Assembly: GCA_027001995.1 (NCBI GenBank)
Contig: JALTLO010000015.1
Location: 1-27,384, forward strand
DNA: 27,384 bases
Origin: Planctomycetota bacterium
GTDB taxonomy: Bacteria > Planctomycetota > GCA-002687715 > DRQF01
Direction: 5' to 3'
Part shown: positions 9,956 to 18,685 of the stretch, piece after piece
How the letters are laid out: each line of letters starts with the position of its first letter
Position numbering within the stretch: position 1 is the first letter of the stretch
Position numbers and translations under genes: made by a program
Notes under the pieces: model-generated
Databases searched by the model: none
The model's input: the letters and a program-made list of their open reading frames with translations, nothing else
What the model was told of the DNA's origin: nothing

Positions 9956-11527
9956 ATGAGCGTATTCGTCACTTTGATGACGGGGTTGATCATATCGATC
10001 AGCTCCGGCAGCGGTGGGACTATTGATAATCCAATTCCGCGTTTCAGCGACGGTGGACAGGTCAAACTGGCCTCCTTTGACCTTCCAAACGGTGAAGGCC
10101 TAGTTCTCTTCAATCCCAGTGATAGCTATCACGATGATCCTGGTGGCACGTTCAACTTTCGTAAAATCGAAACAACAACGAACGCTGTGCCCTACCATGG
10201 TTCTATCATGGGGGCCACGAATCTCATTCTGATTCCGGATGACCCAACCCACTACCGGACCTCATCACTCTACCCATTCACGTCTCATGTCCTCCTGGGG
10301 GGCGAGATGCTCGTGATCTACAAGAATTCTGCGGCACTCAACAAGCCCTCAGCAGCAAAGATTGCCGCTGTAAAGAATATCATCCACCAAACGAGCGCCT
10401 TGGGGCAAATTCAGTCGAATCCCCGCCTCAAACACTTCATCAAGATTCTTGCTGATTCCGGTTCTCCGGCGAATGCACCTCAAGGTGAAGACTGGGATAT
10501 GGGCTGGACTCTTCGCAATTGGGTTCAAACCGCTGGCGGAGCCCCGCGGAAAGGTTGGTTCAATTCGCTCTGCCCCCGTGGCAGCGGCGGTTTAGACAAC
10601 TGGCATTACAACCGCCTCCTCTATTTGGCCCTCAACTTCATCGAGAATCCCACCAATGAGAATTGGGAATTTGGACTCAGACAAGCCATAGCTCACGCGA
10701 CTTTAGGTCGTGAGTGGACAGGGCTTCGTAAGGGCATGGCCAAGTACGAAAAGGGTGATGTTTTCTTGGGCGACCAACAACCCGGGGATTGGGCCAAACA
10801 GTGGTCGCCTGGTTTGGTCGTCTGGGCCTTACTATCAGACAATTACATCCTCAACAAAGCCATCGCAACCACGAAGCAAATGCATATGAATGTCAACCCA
10901 ATCTTGGTTTGGCAAGGCTATTGGGGGGCCCGCTTGGCTGCTCGATACTTAGAAGAGCTCCTGATCTATTACTTGATCTCCGGCGATCCAGTCCTCCTGG
11001 GAAAAGCCCAGACCATGATCACTCATATCGAGAATCTCATCGGTCCTCAGGGCTGGTGGCCCAACTTGGGAAATGGCGGTGCGGCAGAGGAGTCACCCTG
11101 GATGCAAGCCCAGCTCGTCACCGCTATCTATCGCTGGTATGAACGAATTCCATCCTTGGAAGCGGCCACAGGGTTCACCCGCACCGAGCTGGACAACGTG
11201 GGTGCTGCTATTATGCAAGATGGTTCTGAGCTGAGGAATGGCAAGCGTGCATTGCGCTATCGCATGGGGACCACGATTGTCCCCGCGCCCTCCATGCACT
11301 TAACCTCCTTCGCGGTCCCTATGCTCCGCTATATGTCGGCCCACAATCCTCAGTACAAGCCTCTACGAAATGAAGTGACCAACTTCGTCATGGACTGGGC
11401 CGGATCCCAGTTCTCGGACATCCCCACGGGGAGTCCTCCACCCCTGCCAACCATTGGTTATCGCTTCCCCCCCCAAGGCTTCGGTTGGTCGAAGTCCATG
11501 CTCTTTTATCTGGAAGCCCTTCGTTAA
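9956..11527 (+). CDS. hypothetical secreted or membrane-anchored protein, Trp-rich, possibly an alpha/alpha-toroid enzyme-like fold
   Basis: The track ORF starts at a GTG at 9848. The ATG at 9956 gives MSVFVTLMTGLIISISSGSGG, a hydrophobic signal or anchor. The body is rich in W, Y and G motifs (GWWPNLGNGG, WEFGLRQA, VWQGYWGARLAARYLEEL). I recognise no defined family. Confidence 0.65.
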   Translation: MSVFVTLMTGLIISISSGSGGTIDNPIPRFSDGGQVKLASFDLPNGEGLVLFNPSDSYHDDPGGTFNFRKIETTTNAVPYHGSIMGATNLILIPDDPTHYRTSSLYPFTSHVLLGGEMLVIYKNSAALNKPSAAKIAAVKNIIHQTSALGQIQSNPRLKHFIKILADSGSPANAPQGEDWDMGWTLRNWVQTAGGAPRKGWFNSLCPRGSGGLDNWHYNRLLYLALNFIENPTNENWEFGLRQAIAHATLGREWTGLRKGMAKYEKGDVFLGDQQPGDWAKQWSPGLVVWALLSDNYILNKAIATTKQMHMNVNPILVWQGYWGARLAARYLEELLIYYLISGDPVLLGKAQTMITHIENLIGPQGWWPNLGNGGAAEESPWMQAQLVTAIYRWYERIPSLEAATGFTRTELDNVGAAIMQDGSELRNGKRALRYRMGTTIVPAPSMHLTSFAVPMLRYMSAHNPQYKPLRNEVTNFVMDWAGSQFSDIPTGSPPPLPTIGYRFPPQGFGWSKSMLFYLEALR

Positions 11528-11650
11528 CCCCCATGCTGAGTGGCCTTGAGGCTCCCCGTCGACAATCTCATGAATTGGGCGGGTAGTGCCTTCTCAACGC
11601 CCACAAATCCTCTATGATTTGCCTATTCAGCTATCATGTAGAGGATTATC

Positions 11651-13183
11651 ATGCTTCTCAATCGTTCTTGCGCCATTCTACTTATCCTCCTTCTATCCAA
11701 CTCCATCCAAGCTCAAGATTGGGTCCGCTTGCAAAACGGCAAGAGGATCAAAGGTGAAATCATCGTCCAAAATGAATTCTCCATCGAGATTATTGACGAA
11801 CTGGGTGAGCGCTATGAGATTCAAATCGAGGAGTACAAAAAGCTTAAGAAAGGCAAGAAACTCGCCAAGGTTTGGCGTAAGAAACTGGCCGAGTTGAATA
11901 AAGACGATAGCGACGCCATTTTTCTTGTAGCACGGGAGGCCTTTCAAAATAAGAAGACCCGCAAAGACGGAAAACGCCTTCTTCGGCGGGTCCTTTCTGT
12001 GGACGAAAACCACCCCGAGGCCCGCAAGCTCTTGGGGCATTTCAAAGTTGGAGACACTTGGTATCTCAACAAGAAAAAAGCTCAGAAATCCTTGGATGCT
12101 CACTTCGCCGCATTGGGGTTTGTACGCCACGAAAAAGGCTGGATCGATCCTGAAAAACTCGAAGATCTCAAGTCAAACATTAAGAACTGGATGATCGTCG
12201 AAGGTCAATGGCGCAACCGTGACATCGTCATGAAAGAACGGGGCTACATGAAGTTCCGCCAAGAATGGATCGCCCCTGATCTTGCTGGTTACGCCCAGCA
12301 CGCCACTCAGATCGAAGACAAAGGGGGAATCCAACTGGAGGGATCCCAAGTGGGTACCGTCGTTGTTCTCCACTGCGAAGGCAAAGAAAGAGCAGAGGCA
12401 CTGGCCACTGCCCTCTACAAAGCCCGCCTTTGGTTCGCCAAGACAATGAAAGATTCAGCCAGCGCCAAGTCGCCTCTCCAAGTAGAGATCGTGGTAAACC
12501 TCCGATCGCAGATGCATCAGATCATTGAACGATGTGGCGTTTTCTATGGCTTAGTCATTCCCCGAGAAATGCGCCGCACTTTCTCGGGCCTTTCTCACAG
12601 TAACTTTCTTGGAGGTGTCCATTCATTGGAAGCCAACATCCCAGGCGGGTTGCCCCCTGGCGCCATGCAACCACCAGGGGACTTTGCTGATCAAGGCTTG
12701 TCCCATGGTATGGTCAATGCCGCCACATCAAGGAAAGCCTACAAATTGTGGAAGAACACACGGAGCCGATTACCCTACTTCATCAGCAACGCCATGGGAG
12801 TTCATGGAGAGATCGCCGCCTTCGGAACGACCATTGTTCTCGTTTCTGTGGAAGACAGGGACTATGGCCGCAGCAACGAAAATGAATTCCATGGGAGTCG
12901 CGGTCTCAACCTCGAACAGATCAAAGAGGGCCTCAAGAAAACCTTACAAACTCGTACCATGAGCCTGCGCTCTCTCTTCTTTATGACGGGGAGTCAAATG
13001 GATCAAGAAATGGGACTATTCGGAGTCGTCTTTCTCGATTTCTTGTTGCAAGAGCAACATGAGATTTTCCTCAAGTTCTTGGCCGATGATGATACGAGCA
13101 TGACTCTCGACAAACGGTTCAAGAAGCACTTTGGAGTTGAATTCGAAAAAATGGACAAGACTTTCCGCACTTGGCTCAACTAG
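11651..13183 (+). CDS. hypothetical secreted protein with a Lys-rich N-terminal region
   Basis: It has a signal peptide, MLLNRSCAILLILLLSNSIQA|QD, and a GAGGA RBS 8 nt upstream. It is 510 aa with a highly charged, K-rich N-terminal third. I recognise no family. Confidence 0.7.
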   Translation: MLLNRSCAILLILLLSNSIQAQDWVRLQNGKRIKGEIIVQNEFSIEIIDELGERYEIQIEEYKKLKKGKKLAKVWRKKLAELNKDDSDAIFLVAREAFQNKKTRKDGKRLLRRVLSVDENHPEARKLLGHFKVGDTWYLNKKKAQKSLDAHFAALGFVRHEKGWIDPEKLEDLKSNIKNWMIVEGQWRNRDIVMKERGYMKFRQEWIAPDLAGYAQHATQIEDKGGIQLEGSQVGTVVVLHCEGKERAEALATALYKARLWFAKTMKDSASAKSPLQVEIVVNLRSQMHQIIERCGVFYGLVIPREMRRTFSGLSHSNFLGGVHSLEANIPGGLPPGAMQPPGDFADQGLSHGMVNAATSRKAYKLWKNTRSRLPYFISNAMGVHGEIAAFGTTIVLVSVEDRDYGRSNENEFHGSRGLNLEQIKEGLKKTLQTRTMSLRSLFFMTGSQMDQEMGLFGVVFLDFLLQEQHEIFLKFLADDDTSMTLDKRFKKHFGVEFEKMDKTFRTWLN

Positions 13184-13343
13184 CTTACGCCCCTCTCTCG
13201 AGGAAAACTCCTTGGCCTGGCTGAGCCGCCGATGCTTTCCATGATGACCGAATCCTGATAGAATGCCAGCGCTGTGAACAACGGCTTCGATTGTCTCTTT
13301 CACGTCAAAACCCATCCATTGCCTGAAGATCTGGAGTTGTCCT

Positions 13344-13682
13344 ATGTCTAAATCATCGAAAATCGTGAGTGGTCTCGGAATGCTATTGCTTGTTTGTCTC
13401 TTAGGCGCCGCAGTAAATTCTAAGACAAGTCTTCAAACCGAGACTAAGACAACGAGCCCCCTGGAGAAATTTGGTGTGAGCGTAGGCTCGCGCATTGTCA
13501 TTATTGATGACATGAGGCTTGCGGGATACCCAACAGATTCCCAATACCAAATAAGAGAGATCGATGGATGGCATGTTCTTTGCCACCAATCTAGCAAGAG
13601 AAAAGTCGCGGGTGTGAATCGTTTCGTCTTCAATTTGAACGAGATGTCATTCCAAATCGTGCGCCAGACAAAAGCCAAATAA
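13344..13682 (+). CDS. small secreted protein or lipoprotein, function unknown
   Basis: It is 112 aa with an N-terminal hydrophobic segment, GLGMLLLVCLLGAA (possible lipobox LLVC), and a GGAG RBS. A terminator follows. Confidence 0.55.
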   Translation: MSKSSKIVSGLGMLLLVCLLGAAVNSKTSLQTETKTTSPLEKFGVSVGSRIVIIDDMRLAGYPTDSQYQIREIDGWHVLCHQSSKRKVAGVNRFVFNLNEMSFQIVRQTKAK

Positions 13683-13709
13683 GTTCGAACATTTGATTCG
13701 AAACATCTG

Positions 13710-13750
13710 AATCTCAGACGGTCTCAAACCCGGCCTGAGATTCTTTTTTT
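13710..13750 (+). terminator. intrinsic terminator after the 112-aa gene
   Basis: aatctcag ... ctgagatt forms an 8-bp stem with a long loop and is immediately followed by cttttttt at 13743-13750. Confidence 0.55.
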
Positions 13751-13821
13751 GGCTCCCATGAAGAGTCTATCTCGCCCCTCAATCAAGAAATCGTACCCCT
13801 AAAACTCCCCTTGGGGTCTCA

Positions 13822-13848
13822 GTGACAAGAAAATCATTTTCTTGTCAC
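13822..13848. promoter_or_regulatory. 27-bp perfect palindrome, a candidate operator or RNA hairpin upstream of the SPFH gene pair
   Basis: gtgacaagaaaat-c-attttcttgtcac has 13-bp arms that are exactly self-complementary. It lies 165 bp upstream of the 14012 start and downstream of the preceding terminator, and no T-run follows it. Confidence 0.4.
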
Positions 13849-14011
13849 TATTGAGAGATTTCCCGATTTGGCGGTCAACTCCCAGAAAAAATCCCCCTAT
13901 CTTTGCACAATAGATGGCAATTGCCTTCGAAGTGATATCGACAGAATTCCTAGGATCGAAGAAGATAGGGATTCCCCAACAATTCATTCCTCGAGTTAGA
14001 AGGAAAAACTC

Positions 14012-15628
14012 ATGGATTATCAACCTCCTCAGCCACCCAATACGCCACCGCGTCGGCGCGCTCAGAGGCCGAGCCAAAGGCCACCCATCACGATCAAACA
14101 ACTCAAAGGTCCGCTAACCGTCGCATCGGTTTTCATCCTCATGGCATCAGCATGGTTCTTCTACTCCAATTGCCGCATTGATGTCCCCAGTCGACACATC
14201 GCCATCTTGATTAAGAAAACCGGCAAAGACCTGACGAACGACATGGAGATCGCACCTTCAGAAGAATACAAAGGGGTGCAAAAGATCAAACTGAGCGAAG
14301 GCCGCCATTTCTACAACCCATTTGTGTGGGATTGGGAAATCGTTCCCATGATCGAAGTCGCTGCCAACAAGCTTGGAGTCAAGGTTCGAAAGACCGGTGA
14401 CGATTTGGGTTATGGTGAAATCATCGCTTGGCAGGAAAACCAAAAAGGCATCGTACCCGATGTTCTGCGACCGGGCCGCTACCCCATCAACTCCTACGCT
14501 GAAACTGTCGAATTCCATGATCCCGTTTCAGTCCCTGCTGGTTTCAAAGGTGTTGTCACCCTCTTGGCAGCACCGATCCCTGAAGACCCGAACGTCCTCA
14601 TGGTGAAACCAGGTTTCCGCGGCGTTCAAAAAGAAACACTCGACGCCGGTCGTTACTACATTAACCCCTATGTCAAGCGCATCGATTTGGTCGACTGCCG
14701 CAGCCAAAGATTCAACTTGGCAAAAAACAAAGACATGGGATTCCCTTCAAAAGATGGCTTCTGGGTGAGTTTGGATGGGATCATTGAATTTCGCGTGAAA
14801 CCCGAACGGGCATCAGAAGTTTTTGTGACTTACAACGATGTCAGCAACGACGACGCCATCAAAGAAGAGATCATCTCAAAGATCATCCTGCCAAACGCCC
14901 GTAGCTTTTGTCGCATCCAAGGTTCCAACAAATCTGGTAGAGATTTCATCAGCGGTGACACCAGAATCCAATTCCAGAAAGATTTTCAGGATGCCATGCG
15001 GATGGAATGTGAACCATTGGGCATTGAGATCATTCAAGCCCTCATCACCCAAATCAATCCGCCCCAAGCGATTGCTGGTCCGGTCCGAAATCGAGAAGTC
15101 GCAAGACAAAAACTCAATCAATATAACCAGCAGATTCGTCAGCAAGCTTCAGAAATGAACTTAGCCGTAGAGCAAGAGCTGGTTAAGCGGGGCCAAGCAC
15201 TTGTGCGGGCCGATCAAGCCGTTGTCACCATGACTGTTCAAGCTCGAAGAATGCAAGAAGTTGCCATCACAAAGGCCAACGAGAATCTCTCTGTGGCTGG
15301 CTATAAACTCGATGCAGCGAAGGACGAGGCTGCTGCCACCATCGCTCGGGGTAAGGCCAAGGCTGACGTTCTACGTTTTGACAACGAAGCAGAGGCAGCT
15401 GGTTGGTCCGAAGCCGTTCAAGCTTTTGGCGGCAACGGCGATGAATATGCCCGCTACATTCTCTTTCAAGCCTTAGCGCCGGGATATCACAAGATTATGG
15501 CCAATACAGCCAATAGTCCCCTGATGGACATTTTCGGTAGTTTCAAGAAAGAGAATTCCCCCTTCCCCACCCCCATCAAATCGGCAAGAAAAGTAGTCCC
15601 TGCAAGTTCAGAGGAGGAAGGAAAATGA
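14012..15628 (+). CDS. flotillin-like SPFH/band-7 membrane protein, paralog A
   Basis: A Pro/Arg-rich N-terminus is followed by a TM helix (VASVFILMASAWFFY). Three N-terminal beta-module repeats each end in G(R/.)(H/Y)(F/Y).(N/C)P(F/Y/I) (GRHFYNPF, GRYPINSY, GRYYINPY). The SPFH core reads DGFWVSLDGIIEFRV ... GIEIIQALITQINPPQAIAGPV. A coiled-coil with a flotillin-type Ala/Glu-rich tract, AAKDEAAATIARGKAKADVLRFDNEAEAAG, follows. A strong RBS, gaaggaaaaactcATG, precedes the start. Confidence 0.9.
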   Translation: MDYQPPQPPNTPPRRRAQRPSQRPPITIKQLKGPLTVASVFILMASAWFFYSNCRIDVPSRHIAILIKKTGKDLTNDMEIAPSEEYKGVQKIKLSEGRHFYNPFVWDWEIVPMIEVAANKLGVKVRKTGDDLGYGEIIAWQENQKGIVPDVLRPGRYPINSYAETVEFHDPVSVPAGFKGVVTLLAAPIPEDPNVLMVKPGFRGVQKETLDAGRYYINPYVKRIDLVDCRSQRFNLAKNKDMGFPSKDGFWVSLDGIIEFRVKPERASEVFVTYNDVSNDDAIKEEIISKIILPNARSFCRIQGSNKSGRDFISGDTRIQFQKDFQDAMRMECEPLGIEIIQALITQINPPQAIAGPVRNREVARQKLNQYNQQIRQQASEMNLAVEQELVKRGQALVRADQAVVTMTVQARRMQEVAITKANENLSVAGYKLDAAKDEAAATIARGKAKADVLRFDNEAEAAGWSEAVQAFGGNGDEYARYILFQALAPGYHKIMANTANSPLMDIFGSFKKENSPFPTPIKSARKVVPASSEEEGK

Positions 15629-17214
15629 AAATCAACAAAACAGTAATCCCCCTTGTTCTTCTTGGGGCCGTCGGCTTTGTCCTTACTTTTCACTGGACGA
15701 TCAACCGCACCTACGTCGAGCGTGGCCAAAGTCTCATGTTGCGCTACAAAGGGCCACTTCTCTTCGGCAAGAGACAGACCGCCCGTGTGGGCCATTACGC
15801 CGAGGAAGGAGAAATTGGAGTTTTGAGGGAACTGCGAGGGCCGGGGCGTCATTTCTATTGTCCCATTTGGTGGGAAGTGAAAATCGTAGACGACATCGTC
15901 ATACGCCCTGGAGAAGTGGCAGTCGTTCGTTCTTCCTTGGGAGAAGACCTACCCAAAGGCCAATACCTTGTCGACGGCGACTTGGGTGAAACTCAATTCA
16001 AGGGTGTCATGAGAACCGTTTTTGGACCAGGTCGATACCGCGTCAATCCCTATGCCTACGAGTTTAACATTGTTCAACGAGCGACCAAGAGACTGGGTGG
16101 TCAAATCAAATACAGTGGATGGGTCGAGATCCCCACGGGATACGTAGGTGTCGTCACCAACCTGGCAGACAATTTGATCACCGGTGCCAAAAAAGGCATT
16201 CAAGATAAGGTCTTGCCTCCTGGTATTTACCCCATCAATGGTAAAGAGCAAGAAGTTGACATCATTGAGATCGGTTTCCGAGAAGCAACTGTTGGGGTTG
16301 AAAAGAAAAGAAGTCGAGACGGCTCGTTGATTCTCGACAAAAGTGGAGAGCCCCAAATCAAGGACACCAGCAAGGGGATCCACTTCCCATCCAACGATGG
16401 TTTCCAGATTCACATGGATTTCACCGCTATCTGGGGCATCATGCCAAGCGCAGCACCCAAAATCATCAAGACATTCGGAAACATCCAGGCTGTGGAAGAC
16501 AAAGTTGTTCTGCCGCAGATTGAAAGCATTTGTCGTAACAATGGATCGAGGTATTCAGCCGTGGAACTCTTGGTTGGTGAAGACCGGCAAAAGTTCCAAG
16601 CACAAACGACAGACGCTTTTCGAACGGTCTTGAACCTCAAAGATATCTCTCTTCAATACGGTTTGGTGCGACACATCTACATTCCAGTCCAAGTTCGCGA
16701 ACCGATCCAGAACGCTTTTATCGCTGATGAACTTAAGCTCACTCGGGACCAAGAACAACTAACGGCGAAAGTTGAAGGAAAGCTCAGGGAAGCCGAAAAG
16801 AAAGTAGAATTGGAGTCAGAGAAAGTTCGCGCCGAAACGGACAAGGAAGTCGCCGAGGCCATGGCCAAAGGGGCAAAGGTCGTGGGCGAAACTGCGGCGG
16901 AAACCGAAAAACTCGTGGCCAAAATTGACCGCCAAGTAGCAGAATTAGAGGCTCAAGCCACAGTTGTTCGGGGCCATGCGGGAGCTGAGTCCGAGAAACT
17001 GCAGCAGCAGGCCAAGGCGAGCAAGTTCACTTTGGCGGTGAAGGCGTTTGGTTCTGGTTCGGCCTACACACGTTGGGTTTTTGCATCCGGGTTGCCTGAA
17101 GATATTACGCTTCAACTACTCTATGCTGGAGAAGGCACTCTATGGACCGATCTCAAGGGCTTCACGGAGACTATGTTAGGAAAGCAAATGACAGAGAAGC
17201 GTCGCCGACCTTAG
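15625..17214 (+). CDS. flotillin-like SPFH/band-7 membrane protein, paralog B, translationally coupled to paralog A
   Basis: The ATGA overlap with the upstream stop (15625-15628) and a GAGGAGGAAGG RBS indicate coupling. It has the same architecture: a TM helix (IPLVLLGAVGFVLTF), GPGRHFYCPIWWEVKIV, GPGRYRVNPY and PPGIYPING modules, an SPFH core, and a long E/K/A-rich coiled-coil, EKVRAETDKEVAEAMAKGAKVVGETAAETEKLVAKIDRQVAELEAQA. Confidence 0.9.
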   Translation: MKINKTVIPLVLLGAVGFVLTFHWTINRTYVERGQSLMLRYKGPLLFGKRQTARVGHYAEEGEIGVLRELRGPGRHFYCPIWWEVKIVDDIVIRPGEVAVVRSSLGEDLPKGQYLVDGDLGETQFKGVMRTVFGPGRYRVNPYAYEFNIVQRATKRLGGQIKYSGWVEIPTGYVGVVTNLADNLITGAKKGIQDKVLPPGIYPINGKEQEVDIIEIGFREATVGVEKKRSRDGSLILDKSGEPQIKDTSKGIHFPSNDGFQIHMDFTAIWGIMPSAAPKIIKTFGNIQAVEDKVVLPQIESICRNNGSRYSAVELLVGEDRQKFQAQTTDAFRTVLNLKDISLQYGLVRHIYIPVQVREPIQNAFIADELKLTRDQEQLTAKVEGKLREAEKKVELESEKVRAETDKEVAEAMAKGAKVVGETAAETEKLVAKIDRQVAELEAQATVVRGHAGAESEKLQQQAKASKFTLAVKAFGSGSAYTRWVFASGLPEDITLQLLYAGEGTLWTDLKGFTETMLGKQMTEKRRRP

Positions 17215-17319
17215 ACAAGACTCATTCATGAGACGCGGGTTCAGACGCAGAGTAGGTCCCCGCGGCCTCCAGGACATAGATAGTGGGGAGTTTTTCCCCA
17301 AACTCGGCCTGCCATAGAT

Positions 17320-17358
17320 GCGCCAAGATGCTCACCGGCACCTTGGCGCTTTTTCTTT
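17320..17358 (+). terminator. intrinsic terminator for the SPFH gene pair
   Basis: gcgccaag (17320-17327) and cttggcgc (17342-17349) form an 8-bp GC-rich stem with a 14-nt loop, followed by tttttcttt (17350-17358). It lies in the convergent gap before the minus-strand aminotransferase stop at 17390. Confidence 0.5.
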
Positions 17359-17389
17359 CGCAACGGCCTCAGGGTTCTGTGACTGCGAA

Positions 17390-18574
17390 CTAAAGGAGAG
17401 CACTGGCACTCGCTTCTGCCTGCACCACGTCCACATCATGACCCAATACACAAAGAGCATCTCCGATGGCACGGACGGTCTTAATCAGATCATCTGGGCG
17501 ATGAAGCACATTCCCCATGTGGCCCACACGAAAGTATTCGCTTCTGCACATCGGATGAAGTCCCCCAGCAACAACGACCCCATTTTTGGCAACTTCCCCC
17601 ATCAGGCGACCGTCAATTCTTTGAGGGAACTTGATAGCACTGAGGAGGTTCGAAGTGCATCCCTCATCCTTCGGGAGCAGCGTCAAACCCATGGTTGACC
17701 AAGCTGCACGCATGGCCTTGGCTGACCTTTCATGGAGTTCAAAAACGCCTTCCATTTGACTTCCGTCTGCCAAGAGAGCACATAGAGAAACGTCCAGAGC
17801 AGCGACCAAACTCGTAGCAGGAGTTGCGAAGTAGCTGGGTTTCCCCTCCTCGTATGCCTTCATGATTGGCAACCAAGTATGCCAATCCAAGGACATGGGA
17901 GGGCTATGCTTAAGAGCATTCCGGGCTTCCAAGGCCCTTGCGCTCGCCACCAGAAGAGCCAGGCCAGGTGGCAAACCGATCGCTTTTTGAGAAGCGGTCA
18001 AATAGACATCTGCCCCCCAAGCCGCCATTTTGAAACGCTCACCAGCAGTGGCGCAGACACCATCAAAAACACTCAAGACACCATGGTCTTGGGCCAGTTG
18101 ACAAAGCCCTTTGGCATCAACGCGCACACCCGTTGAAGTATCAACGTGAGTGGCGGCCAAAACTTTGAAAGTTTGAGCAGCGAGAACGTCAGCGACTTTT
18201 TTCAACTCAGGAGCGTCGAAATACCCCTGACTCCCGTCGGCCCCAGGCACTTCGACGACATGGGCCCCTCGACGCCGGAACATCTCGGCGAAGCGATCCG
18301 AGAAGTATCCTGTGTTAACAACCAACACAGCTTCCCCTGGTTCCACCAAATTGAACACGGTCATGTCCATCGCCGTGGTTCCTGAGCCCGCAACGATAAA
18401 AGGTTGGCTGTCCTGCCCTGCTAACCAAACGGCCCGCATGCAATCGAGAGACCGTCCCATGGCTTGAATAAAATCAGGGGCTACGTGGCTTGCGGGGTGC
18501 TTCGCAGCCGCCGCCACCACGGCCCGTGATACTTCGATCGGACCAGGGATCATCAACAAGGGACGATTCGACAT
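17390..18574 (-). CDS. class V (AGXT/SGAT-family) PLP-dependent aminotransferase
   Basis: LLMIPGPIEVSRAV is the class V N-terminal motif. TASQKAIGLPPGL carries the PLP-Lys in an SQK context like alanine-glyoxylate / serine-pyruvate aminotransferases. The track start at 18586 is a GTG. The ATG at 18574 (MSNRPLLMIPGP) is preferred but uncertain. Confidence 0.85.
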   Translation of the reverse strand: MSNRPLLMIPGPIEVSRAVVAAAAKHPASHVAPDFIQAMGRSLDCMRAVWLAGQDSQPFIVAGSGTTAMDMTVFNLVEPGEAVLVVNTGYFSDRFAEMFRRRGAHVVEVPGADGSQGYFDAPELKKVADVLAAQTFKVLAATHVDTSTGVRVDAKGLCQLAQDHGVLSVFDGVCATAGERFKMAAWGADVYLTASQKAIGLPPGLALLVASARALEARNALKHSPPMSLDWHTWLPIMKAYEEGKPSYFATPATSLVAALDVSLCALLADGSQMEGVFELHERSAKAMRAAWSTMGLTLLPKDEGCTSNLLSAIKFPQRIDGRLMGEVAKNGVVVAGGLHPMCRSEYFRVGHMGNVLHRPDDLIKTVRAIGDALCVLGHDVDVVQAEASASALL

Positions 18575-18685
18575 GACATATCTCACAGTTTCTTGACTTC
18601 AGGGTCAGATCCTACTATTTGACCCACGGCGAACAACTTTCAATCCATGAATTGACCGACGGCCAAAATATGACTCCACTGCACC

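Noticed and set aside
13799-14101. 100-aa minus-strand ORF across the SPFH promoter region and palindrome
   Set aside because: It overlaps the start of the well-supported SPFH gene and the intergenic palindrome. I found no RBS.
17318-17698. 126-aa plus-strand ORF and 18146..18385 / 17879..18136 ORFs
   Set aside because: They are antisense to the class V aminotransferase, whose PLP-Lys motif and N-terminal motif confirm the minus-strand frame.
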